In this document: piece after piece, positions 9,273-19,336 of the stretch | Layout: each line of letters starts with the position of its first letter | How positions within the stretch are numbered: position 1 is the first letter of the stretch | Assembly: GCA_963718615.1 (NCBI GenBank) | Contig: OY970368.1 | Coordinates: forward strand, 5,248,001 to 5,312,000 | DNA: 64,000 bases | From: an uncultured cyanobacterium | GTDB lineage: Bacteria > Cyanobacteriota > Cyanobacteriia > PCC-9006 > JAAUQQ01 | Direction of reading: 5' to 3' | Made by a program: the position numbers and the translations under genes | The notes under the pieces: model-generated | The model's input: only the letters and a program-made list of their open reading frames with translations | What the model was told of the DNA's origin: nothing | Database searches by the model: none

Positions 9273-10454
9273 TCAGCCCGACCTCTGCCAATACTTACAA
9301 ATGGCATGGGCCATCGTCACAACCCCCGTCAGCAAACAGCGTTCATCCACCGCAAACTTAGGATGGTGGAGGGGATAGTTGGTCCCCTGGTCAAAGCCAA
9401 CCCCCAGGCGAAACATCGTCCCAGGGGCATATTTGAGATAGACCGAAAAATCCTCCGCACCCAAGGACGGCTCCCGTAGGTTTAAAACAGCAGCTTTGCC
9501 AAAGGCTTCTTCAACAGCCTCTTGCACCAGTTGAGTTAGGATATCGTCGTTATGAACCGGAGGCACGCGCCGCTGATAGTTAAATTGATACCTAGCTCCA
9601 TGGGTTCGACAAACATTGGCCACAATATCTTCGATCCAACCCGGAATATTGGAATAGGTTTCAGGGTGCAAACAGCGCACGGTTCCTAACAGTTTGACCT
9701 GGTCCGCAATCACATTGGGTGCGCGTCCCCCTTTGATTTGGCCAAAGGTGAGAACGACCGGGTGGAGCGGGTTTTGGGTACGGCTAATGGCCTGCTGTAG
9801 CGTCGTCACGAGCTGCGCTGCAATCCAAACCGCATCGGTGGCTTCGTGGGGCCGAGCACCATGGCCCGATTCTCCTAAGACCACAATCTCAATGTCATCC
9901 GCCGCCGCCGTCAGCTCACCATAGCGAATGCCAATCTGGCCTGCCGGAATCGAGGGAAAGACATGCACCCCCAAGATGGCATCTACGCCCTCCATCACGC
10001 CATCATTGACCATCCATTGAGCACCTTGAGCAATTTCTTCAGCAGGCTGAAACAGAAATCGGACGGTTCCCGGCAACTGTATTCTAGACTCGGCCAGGAG
10101 CATGACGGTACCCAGACCAACAGTTGTATGAACATCGTGACCACAGGCATGCATAATGCCCTGCTGACGCGAGGCAAATTCTAAGCCGGTCAGTTCCTCA
10201 ATGGGCAGGGCATCCATGTCGGTGCGAACCGCGAGGAGTCGGGCATCTTGGCCCTGGCCTTGGAATTCTGCCACCACACCGGTTCGGCCCACGGATTCCT
10301 GCACTTGTAGCCCGCAGGAGGAGAGCACCCCAGCCACATAGGCAGCGGTTTGATATTCGTGACCGCTCAACTCCGGATGGGCGTGGAGGTGGCGGCGCAT
10401 TTCCAGAAGTCGAGGGGCGATTCGAGCTGCCGTAGCTTGTAGAACATCGAGCAT
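9273..10454 (-). CDS. M20D-family amidohydrolase (N-acyl-L-amino acid amidohydrolase-like)
   Basis: HAHPELS, RTDMDALP, MHACGHD, FQPAEE, GHGARPH, EDFS and LHHP motifs. Confidence 0.92.
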   Translation of the reverse strand: MLDVLQATAARIAPRLLEMRRHLHAHPELSGHEYQTAAYVAGVLSSCGLQVQESVGRTGVVAEFQGQGQDARLLAVRTDMDALPIEELTGLEFASRQQGIMHACGHDVHTTVGLGTVMLLAESRIQLPGTVRFLFQPAEEIAQGAQWMVNDGVMEGVDAILGVHVFPSIPAGQIGIRYGELTAAADDIEIVVLGESGHGARPHEATDAVWIAAQLVTTLQQAISRTQNPLHPVVLTFGQIKGGRAPNVIADQVKLLGTVRCLHPETYSNIPGWIEDIVANVCRTHGARYQFNYQRRVPPVHNDDILTQLVQEAVEEAFGKAAVLNLREPSLGAEDFSVYLKYAPGTMFRLGVGFDQGTNYPLHHPKFAVDERCLLTGVVTMAHAICKYWQRSG

Positions 10455-10575
10455 GAATTAAGAGAAGAAGGGAAGCTTTCTTAGCATAACGATTTCAATA
10501 TTTTCCCAGGTATTCACGGTATAGGAATTGTACTATTAAGAATCATCAATCAATTGACCTGGTTCATTGACCTGG

Positions 10576-12489
10576 CTAATTGGCCTTGCTGAGCATCGCT
10601 TCTATCAAATTCAGCAACTCGTCGAGATCCATCGGTTTGCTCAAGTAGGCATCCGCTCCCGCCTCTAGACATTTGGCTCGGTCTTCCGGCATCGCCATGG
10701 CGGTTATGGCGATCGCAGGCACCTTTCTCCAAAGGTCACTGGCTTTGAGCCGCCCCAATAGTGTTAGACCATCGACCTTCGGTAATTGAATATCGACCAA
10801 AATTAAATCTGGCAACGCGATCGCCGAGACGACTTCCCCCTCCAGGGCATCCAGACGATGGAGCATTTTTTCACCATCATCAATTATTTCGACCTGGTAT
10901 CCTTCAGGCTCCAGAAGCTCCTGCATCAGCTGTTGGTTAAAGGGCTGATCTTCTAAGACTAAAATTAAAGGGGGCTGAAGGGATTTTGCAGACTGTAAAT
11001 CAGGCGATTGTGTTTGAATATTCGATGCTTGAAGAGGCTGCGCTGCCGAATTTACATAGACTGCTTCATGCAAGGGTATCCAGATTCGAAATGTACTCCC
11101 CTGGCCCTCAAGCGAGTGCAGGGAAACCGTTCCACCATGGAGTTCTGCAAGCTGTTTCGTTAGGGATAAACCTAGCCCTGTTCCCTCATGTTCACGGCTG
11201 AGTTCGGCATTAATTTGTTGAAAGGGACGAAAGAGCTGATGTTGGCGATCGCTCGGAATTCCAATACCGGAATCTATCACTTCTAAACAAAGATAGGGGA
11301 GTTGATTGGCGATCGCACTCGGGTCAGGTCGAGAGTCCGCCGCAATTTCTGTTGCCGCCTCGTAGGAAAGCCTAGCATTCAACCGAATTTGTCCCTGTTG
11401 AGGCGTAAATTTAATAGCATTGGATAACAAGTTGAGTAAAATTTGATTGATTCGTCGCTCATCTGCGAGCAAAGGCTGTAGCCTAGAATCAACCTCATAG
11501 GTGAGCTGAATTCGCTTCATTTCAGCCCGAGGCCGAACCATTTCAATACAGGTTTGACAGAGTTCATTGAGATTTACAGCTTGCAAATTTAGCTCTAACT
11601 TGCCAGCCTCGATTTTAGAAAGATCCAAAATCTCATCAATGAGCTGAAGCAAGTGCTGGCCACTACGCTTGATCGTATCTAAAAACCCTAGCTGCCTTGC
11701 CTCTAAACGATCTTTGGCTTGGCGCTTGAGCAAACTGGTAAAGCCCAGAATACTATTCAGCGGCGTCCGTAGCTCGTGGGACATAGAAGCTAAAAATTCG
11801 GATTTGAGGCGAGAGGCTCGTTCTAATTCCTGATTGGATTGCTGTAATTTCGCTTGATTTTGTAAACGCTCAATTGTCATGCCCAACAGTCGATTGGCTG
11901 CTGCGAGTAAATCCTGTTGAGGAGCATCCTGCAATCGTTGACAACGAGACTCCAACGTTAGTATGCCAATAATTTCACCCTTAGCAGATGGAATCGGAAA
12001 AATGCCTAACTGTCCAATACTCGGATGCTTAAAGGCAGCAACAGCTTGGGCCTGAAGGGCGTAGTCTTCGACAAATAGGGGCTGTTTCGTTTCTACCACT
12101 TGCCACAGCAGACCTTGACCATAGGGAAGTCCTTGGGCCAAAACCTCCTCCATGGCTTGGATAGCAGGCTCTCCATGGGTGGCAACAAACTGGGCGGAGA
12201 CTTCATTGACGAGGGTAGCGGCATGGCGATCGCCTGCATCGCCATCAATCACCTTCACATCACCAAAGGCCGCCCCCATTTCTTTAACCAGATAACACAA
12301 GGCAAACTGGGCAACACTTTTCAGGCCGTCGATTTCGGTCGCCTGTAGTTGTTCGGTTAATTCTAGGAGGAAGGTCAGACGCTTGACCTCTTGATTCATC
12401 GCGTGCTCTGCTTGCACCTCGCTCACAGGTTGTTGCGACCTCGAAACGGCTTCAGCAGCAGATACAGACCCCTCGGCAGAATTATCCAT
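10576..12489 (-). CDS. Hybrid sensor histidine kinase (GAF-HisKA-HATPase-REC)
   Basis: FLASMSHELRTPL H-box, NLLSNAIKFT, DSGIGI, GTGLGL and a C-terminal receiver DIQLP. Start placed at ATG 12489 (MDNSAEG); the ORF track extends to 12720. Confidence 0.9.
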   Translation of the reverse strand: MDNSAEGSVSAAEAVSRSQQPVSEVQAEHAMNQEVKRLTFLLELTEQLQATEIDGLKSVAQFALCYLVKEMGAAFGDVKVIDGDAGDRHAATLVNEVSAQFVATHGEPAIQAMEEVLAQGLPYGQGLLWQVVETKQPLFVEDYALQAQAVAAFKHPSIGQLGIFPIPSAKGEIIGILTLESRCQRLQDAPQQDLLAAANRLLGMTIERLQNQAKLQQSNQELERASRLKSEFLASMSHELRTPLNSILGFTSLLKRQAKDRLEARQLGFLDTIKRSGQHLLQLIDEILDLSKIEAGKLELNLQAVNLNELCQTCIEMVRPRAEMKRIQLTYEVDSRLQPLLADERRINQILLNLLSNAIKFTPQQGQIRLNARLSYEAATEIAADSRPDPSAIANQLPYLCLEVIDSGIGIPSDRQHQLFRPFQQINAELSREHEGTGLGLSLTKQLAELHGGTVSLHSLEGQGSTFRIWIPLHEAVYVNSAAQPLQASNIQTQSPDLQSAKSLQPPLILVLEDQPFNQQLMQELLEPEGYQVEIIDDGEKMLHRLDALEGEVVSAIALPDLILVDIQLPKVDGLTLLGRLKASDLWRKVPAIAITAMAMPEDRAKCLEAGADAYLSKPMDLDELLNLIEAMLSKAN

Positions 12490-12771
12490 GGCTGAATTCA
12501 CAGGAATACATAAGAAGATTGAAGGCTCAGCAAATGCTGAGCTTTTTCTATATTCCCATAATGGCGCATCAGGTTTCAGCTTGAAAGCGCATAATTGACA
12601 AACGGCGGTCAGAAAAGGTCGGTAGAAATTAGTAGAAGCCAAATACTCCACAAAAAAAACCACAGGGTCTGGCGTCGCCATCTCCCTGTAGCAGTAAATA
12701 CTAGTGGCTGTATAGTCCAAGAAACTTTCGGGAAACCTTCAGGAAACCTTTAGAAAACCCTCAAGACTCTA

Positions 12772-13263
12772 CTAATTGTTAGAATTACTTCCCTTTGCTA
12801 ATGAATTCAACATTCTATCTACTGAACTGATATAGCTTTCATCCATCATCATAGACGAGTCCAATCGGTTGCTATCGATCGCAACTTTCACTAAATCACG
12901 ACCCGACAAACTGCCACTGCGATAATCCTGGATTAGACCCGCATAACCAGGAATACCTTGCTCTTCAAAGTAACCAAAACGAGCTAGATACGCCAGCTCA
13001 AAGGGATTAATTTGATAGTCGCTTACTGAGGTGATGCTAGCCATTGTGGGAGAGGGCGTTGCAGAATTCATCGGCTGCATGGTCTCTGGCTGCATGGTCT
13101 CTGGCTGCATGGTCTCTGGCTGCATGATCTCTGGCTGCATCATGGGCTGAGGTACAGGTGCCAGATTTTGATCTTGCATTTCTGCTTTTGCCGGAGAGGG
13201 GGCGATCGCCACCACAGCAAGCAATGCAAAAGTAGAAAGACTGCCAAAAAGTAGACCTTTCAT
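12772..13263 (-). CDS. Secreted hypothetical protein with MQPET repeats
   Basis: Signal peptide ending in AKA; low-complexity repeats followed by a PFELAYLARFGYFEEQGIPGY domain. Confidence 0.75.
   Translation of the reverse strand: MKGLLFGSLSTFALLAVVAIAPSPAKAEMQDQNLAPVPQPMMQPEIMQPETMQPETMQPETMQPMNSATPSPTMASITSVSDYQINPFELAYLARFGYFEEQGIPGYAGLIQDYRSGSLSGRDLVKVAIDSNRLDSSMMMDESYISSVDRMLNSLAKGSNSNN
13073..13140. repeat. 15-bp coding tandem repeat (GGCTGCATGGTCTCT, ~4.5 copies)
   Basis: Directly visible; encodes MQPE(T/I) on the minus strand. Confidence 0.9.
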
Positions 13264-13565
13264 AAACAGATTACTCCAATAAGCTACAGGAAAATACGGG
13301 GGTTAATCAAACCAGAACTTTTCTAAAAAAGTACGATTGAACTTGCCTAATTACCAATCAATCAATCAATTAGTGAAGCATTGATGGAGAAGGCTCTATA
13401 GAGAAGATTCGATCGCAGATTTCACAGTTCTCTTAGCAACCCTATGCCTCTGTTTTAGAAGAGTTAAAGCAGGGTTACTTCTGTCAAAGGTTGTGGATAA
13501 GCTGGTTGCAAGCCTAAAATCTTGGCATACAGTAGAAAATAATAGGATGGGTAAGCGACAAACCA

Positions 13566-14171
13566 ATGCATTCTCAAGACGGCCATTCACAGGCAGACCC
13601 TGCAAAGGCAGGTCATTCTCAAGCGGGCAACCTTGCCTCAAAGGCCCAGACCAAGGCCCAGACCAAGGCCCAGAGCGAGCTAGACAATTTTTTAGCTCAG
13701 CTAGACGAGATCGATCGCACCACTCAACATCTCAAACCCCCACCCAATTCTGCCCAGACCAATCCCGTCCCGCCCAACCCCACTAACCCCAAGGCCCAGG
13801 TCAATTCCATCAGTAATTCTGCTCCCCCCTCACCCCATTACCCATTACCGCCTCACCTCTCACCCCCGCCCGCCAGCACCTATCCCATTCCCAGCCTAAT
13901 CGAACAACTTAGCCAATACGCCAAGGAAAAACTAGCCGCACGGGCTGAACGACAGCGGCAGCAGCAAGCTCGAGCGGCCCTAGAGGCCAGCGTCAACACC
14001 TGGTTAGAACGCTTAGATCCCTATAGTGACGATGGCTTTTGGTTTGAGCAGTTTGCGGCGGGTTATGCTTCGCGATTGGAGGCAGCGATCGCCTTCCTCT
14101 ACCCGGATACCGTGGCATCCAGCATGGCATCCGCAGAAAACGAATCGAAACGCCCGAATCGAGGAGTTTGA
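13566..14171 (+). CDS. Slr1339-like salt-stress family protein
   Basis: C-terminal WLERLDPYSDDGFWFEQFAAGYASRLEAAIAFL motif; Pro/Gln-rich N-terminus with a 12-bp repeat (AAGGCCCAGACC). Confidence 0.7.
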   Translation: MHSQDGHSQADPAKAGHSQAGNLASKAQTKAQTKAQSELDNFLAQLDEIDRTTQHLKPPPNSAQTNPVPPNPTNPKAQVNSISNSAPPSPHYPLPPHLSPPPASTYPIPSLIEQLSQYAKEKLAARAERQRQQQARAALEASVNTWLERLDPYSDDGFWFEQFAAGYASRLEAAIAFLYPDTVASSMASAENESKRPNRGV

Positions 14172-14220
14172 ATAAAGGGGGTAAAGTGGACTAGAGAATA
14201 GCATCAGCCTTTGAATTTCT

Positions 14221-16110
14221 ATGCAAACGCTTCATTCCACTCCATCGCCCAAGTCCCATCGAATTCTCCGCCAAACCTGGGACAATCAAAGCTTTTTTAG
14301 CGGTAGCGATGACCCTCGGATTGCGGCGGAAGTCACGCAAATCAAAACAGATATTGCTACCCTCACCGCCGATTGTGAACCCGTTTCCGGTTGGATTGAA
14401 GGGGCTGAAAGCCTTGATAATTCTCAATTTGACGAGCGCATCGCCCAGCTCAAATCCATTCATTTACAAGAAAGTAGCATCATTGAACGGCTCAGCAATG
14501 TGCAAACCTTTATCTCGACTCTGTTGAGCGTCGATTCTCAAGATGCAAACGCTAATACTTGGCTGCCAACCCTACAGCAAATTTGGGCAACCCTAGGCCA
14601 GGCCACGACGCCTGTGGATGTGTTTCTCACCCGCACAAGTGATGAATTTATCCAAGAATTTCTCAAGGAACCCGAACTGGAAGAATTGAGTTTTTCGATT
14701 CGACATCAGCGGCAGTTAAAGGACCACTTACTGAGTGTGGCAGAAGAGCAATTGATTACGGGCTTTGCGGTCACCGGTCTGCACGCCTGGGGCAATCTTT
14801 ATGATGATTTGGCAGGTCGGCTCAACTGCGAGGTCGAAGGCGAAACTGTGGGCTTGGCTAAGGCCGCAAATCTGCTCAGCAGCAACCGTCGCGACACCCG
14901 TGAAGCGGCTTGGCGGGGGATTCATAGCGCTTGGAGCAGTCGTCAAGAAACCGTTGCCACGATTCTCAATGCAATCAATGGCTGGCGGTTAGAGGAGGCC
15001 CAGCAGCGCAGCCAAATTCGCCCGCTGCATTATCTCGACAAAAGCTGTCATCAAAGCCGCATTGAGCGCGCCACGCTGGATGCATTGATAGAGACGACCT
15101 ATCAGCAACGGGCGATCGGCCAGCGGGCGCTGAAAGCCATGGGGCAGGCGCTGGGGCTCAAACAAATGGCCCCTTGGGATGTCACAGCTCCGGCTCCAGC
15201 GGCCTCTCCTAGGGACCCTGGGCAGGAGGAGGAGATTTCCTTTGAAGGGGCGATCGCCATCGTCTCCCAAGCCTTTAACCGGCTCACCCCAGCCATGGGA
15301 GACTTTGCGATCATGATGGCAGAAAAAGGCTGGATCGATGCCCAACCTACCCCTAATCGCACCACTGGGGCCTACTGCACCAAATTTACCAATCCCCGTG
15401 AGCCACGCATCTTCATGACGTTTGAAGGCTCGATGAATAATGTCATGACGCTAGCCCATGAACTGGGTCACGCTTGGCACAATTGGGTCATGGGTGATTT
15501 GCCTTTGCCCAAAACGCGATATTCCATGACCCTGGCAGAAACGGCCAGTATCTTTGCAGAAACCTTGGTTCGAGATGCGCTCTTAGCCGAGGCCCAAAGC
15601 CCCGCTCAGCAACTAGAAATCGCTTGGCAAAACGCGGAGAGTGCGGCGGTCTTTTTGCTCAATATTCCCGCTCGGTTTGAGTTTGAAAAGCGCTTGGTTG
15701 AGGCTCGCAAACAGGGCTTTGTCATTGCCGATCGCCTCAGTCAGATGATGGAAGAGAGCTGGGAATATTGGTTTGAAGACAGTTTGTCGGAATACGATGA
15801 CCTCTTTTGGGCGAGTAAGCTACACTTTTCGATCTCCCAGCTCGGGTTCTATAACTACCCCTATCTCTTTGGTTATTTATTTAGCCTCGGGATCTATGCC
15901 CAGCGGGATCGGTTTGGCGTAGGCTTTAATCAGCTTTATACCAATCTCCTACGGGATACGGGCACGATGACAGCGGAGGAGGTTGTGGCCCACCATCTCC
16001 AGCAAGATATTCGTCAGCCGCAGTTTTGGAACGATAGCTTGGCGATCGTAGAGAAGTCCGTCTCCCAGTTTGAGGCCCTCGTCGCACAACAGGCGACTAC
16101 CAAAAGCTAA
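14221..16110 (+). CDS. M3-family oligoendopeptidase (PepF-like)
   Basis: TLAHELGHAWH zinc motif, AETASIFAE, FYNYPYLFG. Confidence 0.92.
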   Translation: MQTLHSTPSPKSHRILRQTWDNQSFFSGSDDPRIAAEVTQIKTDIATLTADCEPVSGWIEGAESLDNSQFDERIAQLKSIHLQESSIIERLSNVQTFISTLLSVDSQDANANTWLPTLQQIWATLGQATTPVDVFLTRTSDEFIQEFLKEPELEELSFSIRHQRQLKDHLLSVAEEQLITGFAVTGLHAWGNLYDDLAGRLNCEVEGETVGLAKAANLLSSNRRDTREAAWRGIHSAWSSRQETVATILNAINGWRLEEAQQRSQIRPLHYLDKSCHQSRIERATLDALIETTYQQRAIGQRALKAMGQALGLKQMAPWDVTAPAPAASPRDPGQEEEISFEGAIAIVSQAFNRLTPAMGDFAIMMAEKGWIDAQPTPNRTTGAYCTKFTNPREPRIFMTFEGSMNNVMTLAHELGHAWHNWVMGDLPLPKTRYSMTLAETASIFAETLVRDALLAEAQSPAQQLEIAWQNAESAAVFLLNIPARFEFEKRLVEARKQGFVIADRLSQMMEESWEYWFEDSLSEYDDLFWASKLHFSISQLGFYNYPYLFGYLFSLGIYAQRDRFGVGFNQLYTNLLRDTGTMTAEEVVAHHLQQDIRQPQFWNDSLAIVEKSVSQFEALVAQQATTKS

Positions 16111-16131
16111 ACCATCCCAAAAAGCTTACAC

Positions 16132-16167
16132 AGAAAGGAACCCAGCCTAAAAAACTGGGTTTTCTCT
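16132..16167. terminator. Hairpin between convergent oligopeptidase and dnaN genes
   Basis: AACCCAG...CTGGGTT stem flanked by A- and T-rich tracts. Confidence 0.55.
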
Positions 16168-16195
16168 AGGCAAGTTCCTGGTCAATGGTAAAGCC

Positions 16196-17344
16196 TTAAG
16201 CCCGAATCTGCACCGGCATCACCAGATAGGTCATCTTGATCGCCCCCAAGGGATTAATCACCACCGGACTCGTTGCCGAATTGAGCTGAATCTGAATCTC
16301 CGAGGCATTGAGCGCTTTGAGTCCATCCATCAAGTACCGCACATTAAAGGCAATCTCCAAGGCATCACCGGAAATTTGCGCCGGTAAAGATTCCTGACCG
16401 CTCCCCACATCCTGGGCATCTGCCGAGAGCGTCACCTGCTCCTGGACTCCGTCCAGCAAGAGCTTAACCACGCTGTTTTTCTGATCCGCCAAGACCGCAA
16501 CCCGCTCCAACGCCCCCAACAAAACCCGCCGGTCCACCGTTACCTGGCGCTCAAACGTTGCAGGAATCAACTGCCCATAATTGGGATATTGACCATCTAG
16601 CGTCCGGCTGGTGAGGTACTGATCTCCCCACTGAAACACTGTCTGTCCTTGGTCAAAATACAGCGCCACCGGTTCATCCGACGTCCGCGCCGTCATCATG
16701 CGCTCTAGGTCTCGCAGCGCCCGAGCCGGAACCGTCACCTCAAAAGTTTCCGTCGGTGTGGAAGCCGGATCGCTCGCACAGCTCGGCGTCACCACCACCG
16801 AAAGCCGATGACCATCCGTGGCTGCAAACTCCAATTGCTCAGGATTCACCTTGAGATGAACGCCCGTCAAGACCTGCTTGGTCTCATCGCCACTGGTGGC
16901 AAACAACGTTCCCCGCAGCCCATCAATCAACGCCTCAATCGGCAACTGCACCGCTTCCCCCGTCTGCACCAGCGGCAGCTCCGGAAACTCATCGGGCGGC
17001 AACCCTCGCACCTGATACCGACCTGCATTGGCCGTCAGGGAGACCATCGCACCCAGCTCAGTTTCGTCCAAGACAATCTGGCTATCGGCAGGCAGGCGCG
17101 AAACGATGTCGCTGAGCAGCTTAGCAGGCAGGGTAATCGCACCACTCGCCTCAACCTCAGCCGCAAACGTTGTCTGAATCCCCAGGGTCAAGTCAAACGC
17201 CGCTAGACTGACCCGCTGGGTACCCGCATCCGCCGTGAGTAAGACATTGGCCAAAATCGGCTGGGTCGGTCGAGAGGGCACCGCCCGGCTCACCAAAGAC
17301 AGGTGGGTGTTGAGATCGCTTTGGTGGCAAGTCAGCTTCATCAT
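16196..17344 (-). CDS. dnaN: DNA polymerase III beta sliding clamp
   Basis: SRAVPSRPTQPILANV, AATDGHRL, YPNYGQLIP, IAFNVRYLMDGLK, YLVMPVQIR; 382 aa. Confidence 0.97.
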   Translation of the reverse strand: MMKLTCHQSDLNTHLSLVSRAVPSRPTQPILANVLLTADAGTQRVSLAAFDLTLGIQTTFAAEVEASGAITLPAKLLSDIVSRLPADSQIVLDETELGAMVSLTANAGRYQVRGLPPDEFPELPLVQTGEAVQLPIEALIDGLRGTLFATSGDETKQVLTGVHLKVNPEQLEFAATDGHRLSVVVTPSCASDPASTPTETFEVTVPARALRDLERMMTARTSDEPVALYFDQGQTVFQWGDQYLTSRTLDGQYPNYGQLIPATFERQVTVDRRVLLGALERVAVLADQKNSVVKLLLDGVQEQVTLSADAQDVGSGQESLPAQISGDALEIAFNVRYLMDGLKALNASEIQIQLNSATSPVVINPLGAIKMTYLVMPVQIRA

Positions 17345-17784
17345 CGGGGATTGGACCGGGGAACGAAAACGGGGTGAGTAAAATCTACAACGAGAATCAA
17401 GGGCTAACCGAATCTGGACAAATTTGGGGGCGAATCTGGGGTAAACCTGGGGAAAACCCTGGGGAAAATGGGGATAACCTCAGGCGGAAACAGGCTTTTT
17501 GCTTTGGCCGTTTCTGGGCTTTTGATTTTTCCCTTGAGCCAAGGTTTCAGCGAAGGTTTTTTTGGCTCCCTGGAGCGATTTTTGGGATCGAGGTTTTCTG
17601 ACTGGGTTTTTTGACTGGGGTTTTTAGGCTGAGGTTTTTGGGACTGATTTGCGGGGTTTTGGTTCGGGGTTTTGGTTCGGGGTTTTGGACAGAGGCCATG
17701 TACAAGCTGCCTGAGCATCCTATCACCGGTTTTCCCTCCGGTTCAAATCGCGTTTCGTCAGGCCTTTAAAGACTAAGAAGGCTG

Positions 17785-18016
17785 TTTTTTAAAATTTTAA
17801 ATACAGTAGTAGTAGGGCCTGTGGAAAATGTGGAAAACTCTTTAAAACCTATACGCTGTATTTCATTGAGCGATCGCCCCTCTGTGGAAAACCTGTGGAA
17901 AAACCCCCTCACTTTTCCACAGGGTATTTATACCTAGTCGAGTTTTCCACAGACAACCCCGACTTTTCCACATAGTTATCCACAGGTTTTCCACAGAAAA
18001 AGCGGGTTTTTCCACA
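17785..18016. other. oriC: Probable chromosomal replication origin oriC (DnaA-box cluster + DnaA-trios + AT-rich DUE)
   Basis: TGTGGAAAA at 17820, 17829, 17883, 17894; TTTTCCACA at 17913, 17943, 17964, 17987, 18008; TTATCCACA at 17976. (TAG)n trios and an AT-only run lie left of the first box; intergenic upstream of dnaN. Confidence 0.88.
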
Positions 18017-18544
18017 GGATAAAGGCCAAAAAATAGAGAAAAAAATTTAAAATTTCTCGAAAAATGGCTCACCGATTCTTCAAAAAAATTAGCGATCGCA
18101 GCCTCCCCGATGCCCGATCGCGACCCTGTTTTCAGTCCCAGTTCAGTACTGACTTTGATTTTAGCAATAAAAGTTACATGCTTAAGGTAATTGTGCTAAG
18201 GGATCACGCAATAACGTTGTTTTATACGGAATTTATATCTCTATTGAAGTATTAAATATTGCTTTTTGCGCGTTTGAAAGGGCGATCCAATAAAATCCTT
18301 GAACCCTCGTCCGGTTGGCCCCTGGGTGAGGGGATGAATCCATCAATTTTTTGAAAAGAAGTTTTCTGTGTAGAAAGACTGGTAGCAAAACTGATCTGTA
18401 AAGAGTTGGCTTTATTTTTTATGCCTATGCGGGATATCAGAACGAAACGTAGTATTAAGCAATACGGGGGCTATCTCTGATCTGCCCCTCATGCTGGCAT
18501 GCCCAGTCTGCTCTACCCTCGCTCAAGTAACAAGCTGAACGCCT

Positions 18545-19336
18545 GTGACTACCTTTATTTTTGACTTTGACGGTACTTTAGCGGATACCGTCGGTCCCTT
18601 ATTAAGCATCGCCAATGACTTATCCCGTGAGTTTGGGTTTGCGCCGCTCAATGACGCGGAGTTCCAGCGCCTGCGTGCGTTGGGCACCCGAGAAATTTTG
18701 AGTGAAGGACGGATTTCTGTCTGGAAAATACCAGCACTAGTCCGGCGCGTCAAACAGGAGCAGCATTTGCTGATGGCACAGATCCAAATTGTCCCCGGCA
18801 TGGCAGAAGTGCTCTGGGCCTTGAAAGCTCGGGGCGATCGCCTCGGGATTGCCACCTCTAATTCGGCGGACAATGTAGAAATATTTTTAACCAAGTATGG
18901 TCTCAACGACGTCTTCGACTTTACGACCACAGGCATCACGCTGTTTGGCAAAGCTCGTGTTCTGCGGAAGATTTTGCGACAGCACCAGCTTGATCCCAGT
19001 CGGACAATCTATGTAGGTGACGAAGTTCGGGACATGGTAGCGGCCAAGGCTGTGGGGATGCATTCCTTGGGGGTTGCCTGGGGGTTTAATACCGTGTCTG
19101 CCTTAGAACAGGTCGAAGCTGATTTTGTCATTGAGGCACCAGCGGACTTTTTGCGTCTTTCGTTCAGCGCGCTTCTGCAAGATCATCACTCCAGCAGTCC
19201 AGCCTCTTCGCAAGAGCTCCAGCCCTGGCAGCCCTGCCGTGATACTTCCGCCTATCCTGCCGACTCGGCTGCGACTTGGCCTCTGGAATGGTCGATTCTG
19301 CCGTCCTTGGCTCCCTCAGGACAGCCTTTTATGTAA
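18545..19336 (+). CDS. HAD-superfamily hydrolase (phosphoglycolate phosphatase-like)
   Basis: FDFDGTLAD motif I, LGIATSN, YVGDEVRDMVAA, VAWGFN. Confidence 0.9.
   Translation: MTTFIFDFDGTLADTVGPLLSIANDLSREFGFAPLNDAEFQRLRALGTREILSEGRISVWKIPALVRRVKQEQHLLMAQIQIVPGMAEVLWALKARGDRLGIATSNSADNVEIFLTKYGLNDVFDFTTTGITLFGKARVLRKILRQHQLDPSRTIYVGDEVRDMVAAKAVGMHSLGVAWGFNTVSALEQVEADFVIEAPADFLRLSFSALLQDHHSSSPASSQELQPWQPCRDTSAYPADSAATWPLEWSILPSLAPSGQPFM

Noticed and set aside
17374-18255. Short ORFs (17374-17601, 17404-17718, 17863-18072, 18064-18255)
   Set aside because: Low-complexity translations of DnaA boxes and G/T repeats in the origin region (e.g. repeated VEK/WK/FPQ).
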